A DNA stretch of 64,000 nt. It comes from Octopus vulgaris. Its lineage: Eukaryota. The position numbers and the translations under genes were made by a program. Under the pieces are notes generated by a model. The model was not told the DNA's origin, ran no database searches, and was given only the letters and a program-made list of their open reading frames with translations. Below, piece by piece: positions 1-12,974 of the stretch (its first letter is position 1; each line of letters starts with the position of its first letter). Location: NCBI GenBank assembly GCA_951406725.2, contig OX597820.1:58900001-58964000 (forward strand), in the 5' to 3' direction.

Positions 1-297
1 TCTCTGTCTCTCTTTCTCATACAAACACAAACGCATACACGCACTCATACACACACAAGACTTTTATATTCGTTCACATAAACTGTATTACATGTTTTTA
101 ATTCCTGCTCATGGTGAACAATGTTATTTTTGGCATAGGATGGCCAACCCACAGCGTACATTTAAGATATGCATAAATATAAACATGACTGCGTATGTAT
201 TTATATGTATGTATACATGCATGCATGTATGTATGTATGTATGTATGTATGTATGTATGTATGTATGTATGTATGTATGTATGTATGTATGTATATA

Positions 298-300
298 TAA

Positions 301-363
<63 letters not shown>

Positions 364-740
364 AATTATTGTATACAGTGCTCAGGTGCACCACAACTTG
401 TCAGAAAGTGCGTATAAAGTATATGCAGTAATGTACAAATGTCTGGAAAGCGAACAATGTATGAGTCAGATACATGCCTGTGTGTATAGAGGGGAGAAAA
501 TCAGGTGTAGTGTTGGCGAATCTCAGAAAGCATGGAAGTTTTGAAGGATGCAGTGCTCCGACAACTAACAACTGATGCCGGCAGTTTGTTCTATGCTTCA
601 GCAACTCTCAGCGTGAAAAAATGCTTTCTTAAGTCATGGGAGCTGTGCTGTTTTCTGACTTTGTAAATATGTCTACGGGTGTTAGACGGGTGGAGTTTGA
701 AAAGGTGCTCAGAGTTATTGTTTGTAAGATGGTTAATAAT
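298..740 (-). mobile_element. 3' terminal fragment of a CR1/L2-type LINE with (ATT)n tail
   Basis: Minus-strand reading resembles a CR1 ORF2 C-terminus (HLFKLHPSNTRRHIYKVRKQ...RKHFFTLRV...NKLPASVV), followed by a short UTR and an (AAT)n run at 298-362. Confidence 0.6.
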
Positions 741-790
741 TTTATATGTATGTATGTATGTATGTATATGTGTGTGTGTATATGTGTGTG

Positions 791-846
<56 letters not shown>

Positions 847-919
847 CATCTATCTATCTATCTATCTTGTCTGTATGCCTGCTTGTCTATCTTTCTACAT
901 ACATACATATATGTTCCCA

Positions 920-2710
920 CTGATACTGATGTGAGGGAAACGAACGAAGTTGACTCCCAACACAAAATCGCAGACATAACCTTCACTGCCACCGACATCG
1001 TAGCAGCAATAAATGAGGTCAAACATTACTCTGCTGTAGGCCCTGATAGATTTCCCGCTAGTCTCCTGAAGATATGTAGATATTAACTTGCAGTCCCTCT
1101 GACCAACCTCTGGAGAAACTCGTTAGACGCAGGTTATATACCGAAACAGTTTCTATCCCAGTCGGTCATCCCGGTTTTCAAACAGGGAAACAGATCCCTC
1201 GCAGTCAACTATCGCCCAATCTCACTCACCTCCCACATCATTAAAGTGTTTGAAAGAGTGTTAAGATCAAGGATAGCTGACTTCCTGGAGACCCACAAAC
1301 TCCTAAATTCAAATCAGCATGTCTTTCGCTGTGGCAGGGACTGTCTAACACAGCTCTTACACCACATTGAAGATGTACTCAAAGCCTTGGGAACAGGTTC
1401 GAACTCTGACGTCATATATCTTGACTTCAGTAAAGCGTTCGACAGGGTAGACCATAACATCCTACTCTCAAAATTGGCAAACGTTGGAATCCGTGGAAAA
1501 GTTCTACACTGGATTCAGTATTTCCTGGCGAATAGAACACAACATGTTGTAGTTGATGGAGTCCACTCAAACCCAGCAAAAGACACCAGCGGTGTTCCCC
1601 AGGGAACTTTTTTGGGTCCGCTACTCTTCATAATTTACGTAAACGACCTTTCCAGTGTCGTACATCACTGCAAAGTGAAAATATTCGCTGATGACACTAA
1701 GCTCCAGCAAATCGTCAATGAAGAAGCAGACCGAACTCAACTCCAGTCTGATCTATATGCTGTGAGTCAATGGGCAGACAGAAACAAAATGCAACTGAAT
1801 GAGGGAAAATTTGAGCTAATGCATTTTGGAAGAAATTCCTCAATAAAACAACCATACTCTCTTCCTTCAGGGGAACCGCTCACAGCCTCTAACAATATCA
1901 GAGACCTGGGTGTAATTGTTGATGACGATCTCAGTTGGAGTGCACACATCAACAAGAAGGTCGATATAGCTCGTAGGATGAGTTCCTGGATCTTAAGAAC
2001 TTTCCGGTCCAGAGAACAAGGTGTCATCATACCACTTTTTTCCTCCTTTGTACGGCCACACCTTGAATACTGCTGCCCACTGTGGTCTCCTCACACAAGA
2101 CAAAACATCTCCAGAATTGAGTCACCCCAGAGGGCTCTGACTAAACAAATTGAAGGCATGGCTGCTCTCGATTATTGGGATTGCCTTAAAGCCTTGAAAC
2201 TTTACTCCCTCCAGCGTCGCCGTGAGCGGTACATCATTTGTACGATGTGGAAAATATACCGCCAACTTTGCCCAAACGACCTAAACATTAGCTTCAAGAT
2301 TCATCCAAGACTTGGACCACGGGCTATACGTCCCCTGCCAAATTCAAGATCACAACATACATGTACACTGCAACATAATTTCTTTTCCTCAACAGGCCCT
2401 GCCCTATTTAACATTGTCCCGAGGGAGATCAAAGAGGAAAAGGATCCCATCAACTTCAAACAGAGTCTGGATAGATTCCTTCAAAGAATACCAGATAAGC
2501 CACCCATAATTGGATACAACTCACCCAACAAGAACTCACTACTTGAACAAAACTGGATACAACTCACCCAACAAGAACTCACTACTTGAACAAAACTTGA
2601 CTTAAACAGGATTCGAATAATCCTATCAGGTGGTGCTATTAAGTTAGACATGGCCTGGACCAATCTCTAGTCGAAACATATCTAAGTTTATCTAAGTTTA
2701 TCTAAGTTTA
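920..2710 (+). mobile_element. 5'-truncated CR1-type LINE (RT portion of ORF2, 3' UTR, tandem tail)
   Basis: RT motifs YRPISLTS, IYLDFSKAFDRVDH, SGVPQGT.LGPLLF, IFADDTK, LQRRRER; internal stop at ~1084; tail of (TATCTAAGTT)x3 at ~2679-2708. Confidence 0.9.
1246..2589 (+). pseudogene. CR1-type reverse transcriptase, partial ORF2
   Basis: 447 aa ORF with the non-LTR RT core; no endonuclease domain; C-terminus altered by a ~42 bp tandem duplication at ~2512-2598. Confidence 0.85.
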
Positions 2711-2718
2711 TATATATA

Positions 2719-4088
2719 CTAGCAGAATTGCCCGGCGTTGCTCGGGGCTGAATTGCTTGAAAGTACTGTTAATGATTGCACTGAATTATGATGATTATTC
2801 AGGCAAATATTGATATAAGTTTACGGTGGGAGATAAGGACTTAACGATAAAACGTGTGCCATTGCATTGTTTTGGGGGAACCAAATTTCTGATGAGCATT
2901 ATAGGGGCACCAACTTTAAGTTTGAGAAAGTGTGGTGGTAGTCCGGGGTGCTCAAAGGAATTGAGTACCTCTATTGGATAGTTGATGACGTCCTCTGGGT
3001 CAGGGGTTGTATCGATAGACTGACATACATAGACTTCCCCAGGAATGAGTTTTAGCTTTTCATCATTAATATGGTGAACAGTTTTATTCCTCGGGGCCAG
3101 TATAGCCTTTTTGCCAATCCAATCCATATTCTGATAATTAGCTTGTAGATCTGGGAACACTGCATCTCTGAGATCAGAAGGCGTCTTAACAATGGTACAA
3201 ATGGAATCGATAGCAATATTACCATTTTCATCCCCTGGTATTTTGCCTTCGCCAAGTGCAAGGAGGGTGTGAGGAAATGCTGCTGATGTGATATTACGTC
3301 GCATATGAGCACGCATATTGGTGTGAAGTTTGAGAGTTATTTCCCTTTATTTAAAAAAATATGCATTAAAATGGAAAAAAATTATGGTAAATTATTTGTA
3401 AAATCATAGACTCATCGTAGACGCGCGCTAATACCCAGAAGGGCTCGATATGAATCACGACTATAAGACACCCGGTTTTGGTTAAACTGCATCGCAAAAT
3501 GTGGGAGTAGTTAGGAATCTAAATCGGAGTAGACAGACACACAACCTTTCTTTTATATATAAATATTTTCGTCCTAAAAAACTTTGTATGGATTGAATGG
3601 TTACCTCTATGGAAATATATACACGCACATTATACATACATGTGTGTATAGATGAATATATAAATACATTTAAATATCTATATACACTTTTGGGCGATCT
3701 TTCTTTTTCTTAGAGATAACTTTAGATCTTATATTCGTCCTAAAAAACTTTGTATGGAGTGAATGGTTACCTCTATGGAAATATATACACACACGTTATA
3801 CATACATGTGTGCATAGATGAATATATAAATACATTTAAATATCTATATACACTTTTGGGTGATCTTTCTGCTACTTGTATATACTTTAGATCTTATATT
3901 CGTCCTAAAAAAATTTGTATGGAGTGAAAGGTTACCGCTATGGAAATATATACACACACATTATACATACATCTGTGCATAGATGAATATATAAATACAT
4001 TTAAATATCTATATACACTTTTGGGCGATCTTTCTGCTACTTGGATATAGGTCTTATATTCGTCGTAAAATCTTTCCTGTCACACACT

Positions 4089-4129
<41 letters not shown>

Positions 4130-4552
4130 ATCCTCACACACACACACGCACGCACACACACACACACACTCACACACACGCACACACACACGTTAGCTTA
4201 CAATTTTATTTATATATTTGCGTGTCTGTGTGTTAAGAGGAAGTGGGAATGTAGAGTGAGTCACTCACTACAGAAAGTGAATTACTTTCACTTTATTCGT
4301 TGCACACTGTGTGTGCGCGTTTGCGTGTGCTGTATCCCACACTAAGAGAAGCATTTGACTTATACACCACAATGTGAGTTTTCTCTAAATTTTGCTTAAT
4401 TGGGGTTGAAATTTTAAAAAGTGGACCTGGCAAGACCCGATGCATTCTACTCTTAAAAATGCTAGGTAAATTGTAATTGAAGAAATCCTATATTGTAGAT
4501 TTCTATAAGAGACAAAGGGAGGCAGATAAAATCTGCCTTTTATAATAAGAGA
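2719..4552 (-). mobile_element. Non-autonomous Helitron carrying a PIF1-helicase fragment and internal tandem repeats
   Basis: Minus-strand 3' end CTAG at 2719-2722 preceded by hairpin CCCGAGCAACGCCGGG (2731-2746); ORF 2795-3316 matches RepHel helicase (AILAPRN, GLPPH.LKLKVGAPIMLIRNL..PKQCNGTR); putative 5' TC at 4552 (TCTCTTATTATAAAA). The 5' boundary is less certain. Confidence 0.7.
3568..4070. repeat. Tandem repeat, ~165 bp x3
   Basis: Units starting CGTCCTAAAAAA recur at 3570, 3736 and 3901, with a partial start at 4061. Confidence 0.85.
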
Positions 4553-4721
4553 TATTTGAGTAGTTGAATGAATTATCTTAACAAGGATAATTCAACTCCA
4601 TTCTTTCATTTACATATATATATATATATACATACACACACACATACATACATACATACATACATACATACATACATACATACATACATACATACATACA
4701 TACATACATAATATATTATTA

Positions 4722-5270
4722 CGAGCAAAACGCACCCCCGTCCAATGGACGGTGCTGAGTCATATCTGCTGAATAAAAAGCAATCAGTGTTTTCTTTTCA
4801 TTTAAAAATAATTAAGCATGCCTTTATTTCAATAATTTTGGGGGTTTTGTTAAACGAAGTTAACGCAAAAAAAAACTTCTTGAGAAAGCAAATAGTCTTT
4901 CCTTCCTTCATGCCAAGTTTGAAGAAAATATCTCTTTTGCATCTTACTCTTTTGGTCCGTTAAATATACTGCATTTTGTGGCATTATTTCAAGGCAGCCG
5001 GCTTTTTTGCGCAAACTGCACTGTATTTTTCTCGCGTACGCGTAGTATCGATCGCAACAGCTGATGTACTTGCGCGTACAAATGCACGTTCCCACGGCTT
5101 TACCGATCGCATTCTCACCTGGAATCGATTTTTGTAATTTTTTAAAGACTTATACACGCTCTGATACCGTCGGTATCTATATATCAAATTTGAGCGCACT
5201 CGGATGGAGGATGCCCGAGATCCTAAAAGACACACACACACACAGAACGGATTTTATATAATATATATGA
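4722..5270 (-). mobile_element. Probable short non-autonomous Helitron
   Basis: Minus strand starts A|TCATATATATTATATAAAATCCGTTCTGTGTG and ends with hairpin CCGTCCATTGGACGG then CTCG|T (degenerate CTAG). Confidence 0.5.
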
Positions 5271-5544
5271 TCGAACGCCACGCATCCTTTTCCAAGTTTT
5301 ACATACATACATACATAAATACATACACACATACATACATACATAATACATACACACAAACATACATACATGCACACACATACATGCATACATAATACAT
5401 ACATACATACATATACCCACATACATACATACATAATACATACATATATACATACATATTGTGACCCTCGACTTCAACTTAAAAATGTAATGGCAAGTAT
5501 TTATTGACTTTTTCTTTCCTTTAAAATTCGACACGAACTTTCCG

Positions 5545-5895
5545 GACAACAGCGTGATGCTTCGTTTGCCTTTATTGACCTAAGGCTTTTGATACTATTA
5601 GCCGCCCACTACTATGGAATATCCTGCGGAGGTATGGATGCCCTCCTAAGCTTCTTGCCATGCTACGCCAGTTCCATACCGGCAAGCAAGTACGTGTGAC
5701 ATTGGGTGGTGATCAGTCTTACTACTTCAACTTTCAAGTTGGAGTTAAACAAGACTGCGTCCTGGTCCCTGTCCTCTTCAATGTGTTTCTTGTTGCTGTG
5801 ACCTAACTATCTCGCTACGACCTCAACCCCGAAGATGGCAATCCCAGTTCGATATTGCCATGATGGCAATCTCTTCAACTTGAGGAGGCTAGAAT
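5545..5895 (+). pseudogene. Degenerate RTE-type LINE reverse transcriptase fragment
   Basis: Frameshifted reading gives FIDL/AFDTISRPLLWNILRRYGCPPKL...GVKQDCVLVPVLFNVFL...YCHDGNLFNLRRL, typical of RTE/BovB-like RT. Confidence 0.65.
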
Positions 5896-5911
5896 CACTA
5901 AGACTCAGCCC

Positions 5912-6266
5912 GGATCTTTACCTTTTGACCAACAGATTAAAAAAAATTTTTGTAACTAAACACTTTCAAACTTCGTATACTGGTAGAATGTGTCACATAA
6001 AACATCTTTTACTCTTGGCGTTGTTGAGAAAATTCTGTATTTTGGAAGTTATTTCTTGTTAAAGTTGTTGTATTTCGGTAATTTCAACCAATCAATGACA
6101 TGTATTCAGTTGAATAAAATTACTGCCGTTGTTTGTCAACAACTATCGTCGGTGTATATTTCGTTTGTCACTGTTATTTATGACATATTCTATAAGTATA
6201 CGAAGTTTGAAAGTATTTAGTTACAAAAAATTATTTTTTAAATCTGTCGGTCAAAAGGTAAATATC
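5912..6266. mobile_element. MITE with long terminal inverted repeats, related to the 8055-8478 MITE
   Basis: GATCTTTACCTTTTGACC...AACTAAACACTTTCAAACTTCGTATAC mirrored by GTATACGAAGTTTGAAAGTATTTAGTT...GGTCAAAAGGTAAATATC; internal sequence similar to 8055-8478. Confidence 0.6.
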
Positions 6267-6956
6267 AGGACTGAATCTTTGTTAGTGATTTTAGTCTCCT
6301 CAAGTTGGACCAGAAGGCTGCGATTGGTTGGGTTGCATATTGGCGCGCAATAGAGCAAGAGACAAATGCGCCAATACCAACCAATCAGAGTAGTGGACAC
6401 AACAGGGTCTAAAAAGATCACCGAAGGCTAGCTGCTATCTACTACGTCCGTATTTATGTATATATAACAGAGAGAGAGTAGATTTTCCCTTAAGTCGTAC
6501 GCTACAAATTTATCACTAGCTGGTGATTAATACACGTTGAGGATGGGTATCCACCTAGAAATTCGAGTCCGTGTGTCTCACGTAAGGCTAGGGATGGGAG
6601 CAAATACTAATCGGACACAGAAGGTGTGCCATATTGTTATGTTTTAATACAGAATTATCCATGTGAAAACTCGTTCAGCCCGTCTAACTCGTCCGGCAAT
6701 GATAGAGTGAACATGTGAACAATATATACTTAAAAATGCATGTTGATTAAAGCAGAACCCAAAACTCCACGTGCAAAACAAAGCAGTATGCAAATTAGAA
6801 GAACTATTATTTGTACAAATTAACAAAATACAAATACATTTACTAAACAAGGTAAAAGTCACCAAACTCAGTTCGATACCTAGTCAGAACTGAATAAGAG
6901 CAATATAACACACACACACAGATACACAGACACACACACACACACAGACACACACA

Positions 6957-7001
<45 letters not shown>

Positions 7002-7006
7002 GTTCG

Positions 7007-7260
7007 TTTATTCTTTTACTTGTTTCAGTCATTTGACTGCGAACATGCTGGAGCACAGCCTTTAGTCGAGGAAATCGCCCCTAGTACTTCTTCTTTGTGA
7101 GCTTAGTACTTATTTTATCGGTCTCTTATGCCGAACCGCTAAGTTATGGGGTCGTAAATACAACATCGTTTGCCAAACGATAGTGGGAAGACAAACACAC
7201 ACACACACATGCACATACACTCATACACACACACAAATGTATGTATGTATATATATATTA
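7007..7260 (-). mobile_element. 3' part of a SINE (same family as 38854-39248)
   Basis: Shares GTGCTCCAGCATG..GCAGTCAAATGACTGAAACAAGTAAAAG 3' end and CGGTTCGGCA..AGAGACCGATA body with 38854-39248. Confidence 0.75.
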
Positions 7261-7264
7261 TGTA

Positions 7265-7305
<41 letters not shown>

Positions 7306-7751
7306 TAAATAAGCGTAGAAATTGATATTAATCAATTAAAACCAGTGGCTTAGCATATTTTTTTTAAAATCCGAAGATTAAAAATTGTTTTACATACAAA
7401 ATTTAGAGGACTGACCACTATATGCTAAACATAGACATCAAATCGCCATTACCACGAAGAATGTGTTCTCAAGAAAAATCTCAGAAAAAAAAAACAAAAT
7501 GTAAAAATAAGCAAGACAAATGAAAATATACGAAATAAAAAAAATGATTACCTATGTACCATTGGTTTCACGTGTTTGTATTTACGTGTATGGACATGCA
7601 AACATCTGCATGGTAGTTTCCGATCTCAGCGTGCCAAAGTGAAGACATTTGAAAGATACACTTAAATATAATTTGTAGAACTTTATACATGCTGGATTTC
7701 GGTTGAGCGTTCTGTATCTAGTTCTGGAAATTATGTTTTGTAAACGACAGA

Positions 7752-7825
7752 CTATGCTGATGATCTTGCAGATGTTTGCGTGTTCATACACGTAAATATT
7801 AACAAGTGAAACCAATGGTACATAG
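7752..7825 (+). ncRNA. Type I hammerhead ribozyme motif, canonical core
   Basis: CTATG-CTGATGA-(T CTTG...CAAG T)-GAAAC-CAATG-GTA-CATAG: stem I CTATG/CATAG, GUA cleavage triplet. Confidence 0.8.
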
Positions 7826-8054
7826 GTAATTGTTTATTATTTCGTATATTTTCATTTGTCTTGCTTATTTTTACATTTTGTTTTTTGTCTTTTTGCTGAG
7901 ATTTTTCTTGAGAAAACATTCTTTGTGGTAATGGCGATTTGACGTCTATGTTTAGTGGTCAGTCCTCTAAATTTTGAATGTAAAACAATTTTTAATCTTC
8001 GGATTTAAAAAAAATATGCTAAGCCACTGGTTTTAATCGATTAATATCAATTTC

Positions 8055-8478
8055 GGATCTTTTCGGTTTGAACGGCAGTTTTTTAAAATAATTTCCACGT
8101 AACTAAACACTTTTAAACTTCGTATACTGGTAGAATGTGTTTATAAAACATCTTTTTCTCTTGGCTTTATTGAGAAAATTCTATAGTTTGTAAGATATTT
8201 GTTGCTGTTTTTTCTTCAATTTCTGCAAATTCAACCAATCAATGACGTCTATTGAGGTAAAAAAAACAATCTGTACCGTATGAATATGTCCCTCATTTAA
8301 GAAACAGATTGGGTTTATCTACATTTCGGAAGAAAAAAGATACTCTTCCCCCCACCCTTAACCATAGCCCTAACCCTAAAACAGATTGAAATGCAATAGA
8401 TCAATACTAGGATCATAATTATGGGTGACAATTTCATGACACCGCAAGAAAAAACTGCCGGTCAAATCGAAAAGATCC
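8055..8478. mobile_element. MITE with 8 bp target-site duplication
   Basis: TIRs GGATCTTTTCGGTTTGAACGGCAGTTTTTT / AAAAAACTGCCGGTCAAATCGAAAAGATCC; TSD TCAATTTC at 8047-8054 and 8479-8486; mirrored copy at ~20000-20422. Confidence 0.85.
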
Positions 8479-9503
8479 TCAATTTCTACCCTTATTCAAT
8501 TTTAAATAAAAAAATGTTCTCTAACCGGTAAATTGACTGCTGTAGTTTATTAACTGCAGGGTAGTTTCCGATCTCAGCGTGCCAAAGTGAAGACATTTGA
8601 AAGATACACTTAAATATAATTTGTAGAACTTTATACATACAGATCCATCTGCAAGATGAGCATTATTTATAATTCAATGGTACAACACTGTAAGAGTTTG
8701 CTTTGAGATATACTTAGATTTACCCTGTTTGACAACTATTGGAAATAAACAAACATAGGAGTCCCTACATGGTTGCTTAACCTACTAGAAATAGCAGCCA
8801 CATATCACACTACTATCTTAAAATAAAGGCAGGACACATTGGTTAAAATAGACCTATGTATGGTATACCCAAAGATATGTCATGAGCGGAAATGCCTGTG
8901 ATCGTAGGCTGATCTGAGGCTAAACACCTCCTATAACAACCATCAAAAGCATTTCTTACCATTTGCTGTTGTTGTTTACCCCAAGATTAGCCACGATCTG
9001 CTAACCTATGATAAAAGATATTTTAACCATGACCATCCCAGGCTACATAATCCTATGTCTTTTTTGTTTTCAATGGCAGTGTGTGAGTTTAGAGAAAATA
9101 TCAGGTTATGTGAACACGATCTTGTTCATGATCAGGCGGTCCTATTGTTAAAGACATTATGTCAAGACTTTTTTTAGATGTAGAAATGTCATATTTTATG
9201 TCTTTTCTTTGTTTTGTTTAGCCAAGTAGGTGCAGACGTGACACATCAACACGTGCATTCCAACTATAAACACACCTCTTTTTATCTTATTCTACACAAC
9301 GTATCTGGGAAAACATTTCTCAATGTGCCTTTCTTTTTAAGACGATAGTGTGATTTGACGAAGAGTAGCCAAACACCACCACCACCACCAAATTGTCACA
9401 CAGAAGACAGTTACTAAGTCTACATTGTAGAGTTGTGAATACAACCAACAACTTCAAAAGACAGAGATATATTTGCATAGCAAGTATTTTTATCTCTACA
9501 CTC

Positions 9504-9660
9504 GCGGAGTGGTTGGCGTTAGGAAGGGCATCCAGCTGTAGAAACACTGCCAGATCTGACTGGGCCTGGTGCAGCCTTCGGGCTTCCCAGACCCCAGTCG
9601 AACCGTCCAACCCATGCTAGCATGGAAAGCGGACGTTAAACGATGATGATGATCATCATC
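9504..9660 (+). mobile_element. Retroposon 3' end with (GAT)n tail
   Basis: GGTTGGCGTTAGGAAGGGCATCCAGCTGT...GGACGTTAAACGATGATGATGAT; a diverged independent copy lies at ~39650-39806. Confidence 0.6.
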
Positions 9661-9959
9661 ATGTGCTGAAACTAAAGCAATTGCAAAAGACACAAGCTAG
9701 CCATTCAGAAATGCACAAAGACTGTTTTCTTCACTAAAACATTTACTTGTAACATGGCGACAAATTTTTCGTTGCTTGAAACTGCGATCTGTTCACTGAC
9801 AAAAAAATTCTGCTGCATCAGAGAATAGCATTTCTGTCAGTGGCGGCTCATGTGTAGGCACTGCAGCACCCCCTATTTCCACTCGATATTATTGATAACA
9901 TTCAATTTCTTTCTTTATACATGTACGTTATATAATCCTTAAGATTTAAAAGATTTTTT

Positions 9960-10356
9960 TCTATTCTAGGCATAAGGCCCGAAATTTGGGGGGAGTGGGG
10001 GCAGTCGACTAGATTGACCCCAATACGCAACTGGTACTTAATTCATCGACCCTGAAAGGATGAAAGGTAAAATCGACCTAGGCGGAATTTGAACTCAGAA
10101 CATATAGATGGGCGAAATACCTATTTCTTTACTATCCACAAGGGGCTAAACCCAGAGAGGACAAACAAGGACAGACACACGGATTAAGTCGATTATATCG
10201 ACCCCCAGTGCGTAACTGGTAATTATTTCATCAACCCCGAAAGGATGAAAGGCAAAGTTGACCTCGGCAGAATTTGAACTCAGAATGTAGCGGCAGACGA
10301 AATACTGCTAAGCATTTTACCCGGCGTGCTAACGTTTCTGCCAGCTCGCCGCCTTT
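9960..10356 (-). mobile_element. tRNA-derived SINE with duplicated core
   Basis: Head GGCGGCGAGCTGGCAGAAACGTTAGC...GAGTTCAAATTC (A/B-box-like); core CCTTTCATCCTTTC.GGG present twice; mirrored at ~18122-18520. Confidence 0.7.
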
Positions 10357-11269
10357 CTATAATGCTTACGATTAATACCAGTTGCCTAGTTTATGAAAAA
10401 ATACAAACATCCTTGTATACAACTGTGAGCTTCACAATTCCAGCGATGCAGTGTTTGGTTGTTGTGTGTATGCTCATGAATCCAAGATAGGAAGCTTCAC
10501 GCAAAGAAGGGAGAGCACTGGATTCACGCAGTACCATCCCCAGTGTGCTGGTGAAAGGTCGTGTTTCTTTTTCACTCTGTGTCTTGTGTTTAAAAACATG
10601 TTTATATTCTTGAAAATGATAGTATCGAATTAGATTATTATCCTGCTTCCAGCTTCAGTGTTGCTGCCAGGATTTGAAAAATCGGGCACATTCCCCCCAC
10701 CCCTTATTTTGTGATTTAGGTGGAATTTTTGAAAAGCAAAGGGGAATTCACGGTGAGTTCAGTGAACAAATTAAACAAACAATCCGGCAGTGGCTAAAAC
10801 GTGAACCAATCAAGTTTATGTATAAATATTCTTTTTATATGTTTGTTTCCTTTTATACAATATTAAAACAATGGCTAAAAATATTCTGAAGCAGCACCCC
10901 AATTTGGTAATAAAAACACAAGCTGCTGCACTATTAATGCAGCTAGTCTCAGATCTCGAGGAGTAATTTTCATATTTATTTTTATATATTTCATAGCTTT
11001 TGTTAGAGAAGGGAGGAAAGAGTCATTGATTTTGTAGGTTCACTTGATTGAGCAGAGGGTTGCTTGCAGTGCTGGTGCAGACATGGCCGTATGGTTAAGA
11101 AGTTGCTTTGTGACCACATAGTTTCAGGTTTAGTGCCAGGCCAATCAATAATTTTTTAGTGAATTTGATTGATGGAAAATATGAAGAAATCCATCATTTT
11201 TCTTTCTAAGGGGTTTTTCAGCCCAATGTTTACAGACTATAATTTTATAGCTTTACCTCACTGTTCTCA

Positions 11270-11502
<233 letters not shown>

Positions 11503-11511
11503 TAAATATAT

Positions 11512-11698
<187 letters not shown>

Positions 11699-11732
11699 GA
11701 AGGTTTGAAAATGCAATTTAAAAGATGTTTAT

Positions 11733-11777
11733 TTACTTAACCGTTTTCACTCTTTGGTAAAAGATTGTCAAAAGTAA
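11733..11777 (-). ncRNA. Hammerhead-like motif (U3-A8 variant), inverted-arm copy
   Basis: Reverse complement TTACTT-TTGACAA-TCTTTTACCAAAGAGT-GAAAACGGTT-AAGTAA; one stem III change relative to 28536-28580. Confidence 0.45.
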
Positions 11778-12367
11778 CATTGAATATTATGGGTTCAAAA
11801 AAGTTTTTTACATAATTGTCACATTGAATATTATGAATTCAAAAATGTTTTTTTATACATAATTGTCACATTACATGTATAAATATAGTGTTTGGTAACA
11901 GAGATATGTTAAGGGCATAAAAAAGTTCAATAGTGTTTTGAGAATATTTGGAAAAATTGGCAGAAAAGAATAAAACAAATATATTATTGGAAATTTGGTT
12001 GCGTTAATTATTGGTTGTCGCAAATTGTCACATTACATGTATATATATACAGTCTTTTGTAGAAAGGACATGTTAAAGACATAAGGAAGTGTAATAGTTT
12101 GGTGAGAAAGTTTGTAATATTGACAGAGAAAATTAAAATGGATATTTTATACATCTCAGAATATTTTGAAATGAAGGCGAGAATTTGTTTTTACTGACCT
12201 GTTTGTTTTAGCAGAAAAGTTGAATTGAGAGAAAAAGATGTGTACCCAGTTTTGTGTATGGTTCCCCTTCAAGCATCAATGATTTTGGGGTTATCGGGAG
12301 GTGAGTATGCGGGTGTGAATAGATGTGTCCGTGTGCCTGCTGGTCAGACGGCGTCTGTTTGTCACAC

Positions 12368-12421
<54 letters not shown>

Positions 12422-12553
12422 CATACAAACACACACCACATACACACAACACACACACACACACAGAACACACACATACACAACGCACCCACATATATAA
12501 TATACACACACAGCACACAAATATAACATGTATTTATATATAATATACACACA

Positions 12554-12974
12554 TATTTTTGAATAAGATTACTTTCCCTATTTATTCGTGTTTGGTCTGT
12601 GGTGTTTTCCGAGCATTGGTATAGTGGGAAGACTAAGAATTGGGGGGACTTATTGTGTGCACAAAGGTCTAAGTGTCCACTTAGTGGTATCTGTCTTGTG
12701 GAGGGGTCCCTCAGTTGTTGTCGGTGAACTGTCATTCTTTCTCTGAGGGTAAGGCTCGTTTGCCCTATATAGTCTTCGTGGCATCCTTCACACCTTATGA
12801 CGTAGAGTAAATTTTTTGATGCGCACGTGAAATTATTTTTTATGATGAATGTGTGTCCCGAGTGGAACTTGTACGACGATCCCTCAATGAGGTGGATGCA
12901 GGTGCTGCAGTTGGGGCGACCACATTTTTTGATGGTGGGCGGTGGGTTTGTGTTGTGTAATTTTGCGTTGGTGA
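12554..12974 (-). repeat. Inverted copy of the Penelope GIY-YIG coding segment (inverted 5' pseudo-LTR)
   Basis: Near-exact reverse complement of 14131-14551; abuts the truncated 5' end of the RT frame. Confidence 0.9.

Larger units (their letters stand above)
7301..8503. mobile_element. Palindromic Penelope-type mini-element (inverted pseudo-LTR fragments) with a hammerhead motif, interrupted by a MITE
   Basis: Arm 7301-~7610 mirrors ~7766-8054 plus 8487-8503; hammerhead motif at 7752-7825; starts at a (TA)n run. Confidence 0.6.

Noticed and set aside
3568-4070. Regularly spaced repeats as a possible CRISPR-like array
   Set aside because: Whole units are repeated with no unique spacers; eukaryotic context and no cas genes
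6322-6387. Small imperfect hairpin GATTGGTTGG...GGCGC / GCGCC...CCAACCAATC
   Set aside because: Single occurrence, no recognisable motif; likely an internal part of an old repeat
8352-8380. Telomeric CCCTAA repeats
   Set aside because: Only two to three degenerate units inside a MITE; not a telomere
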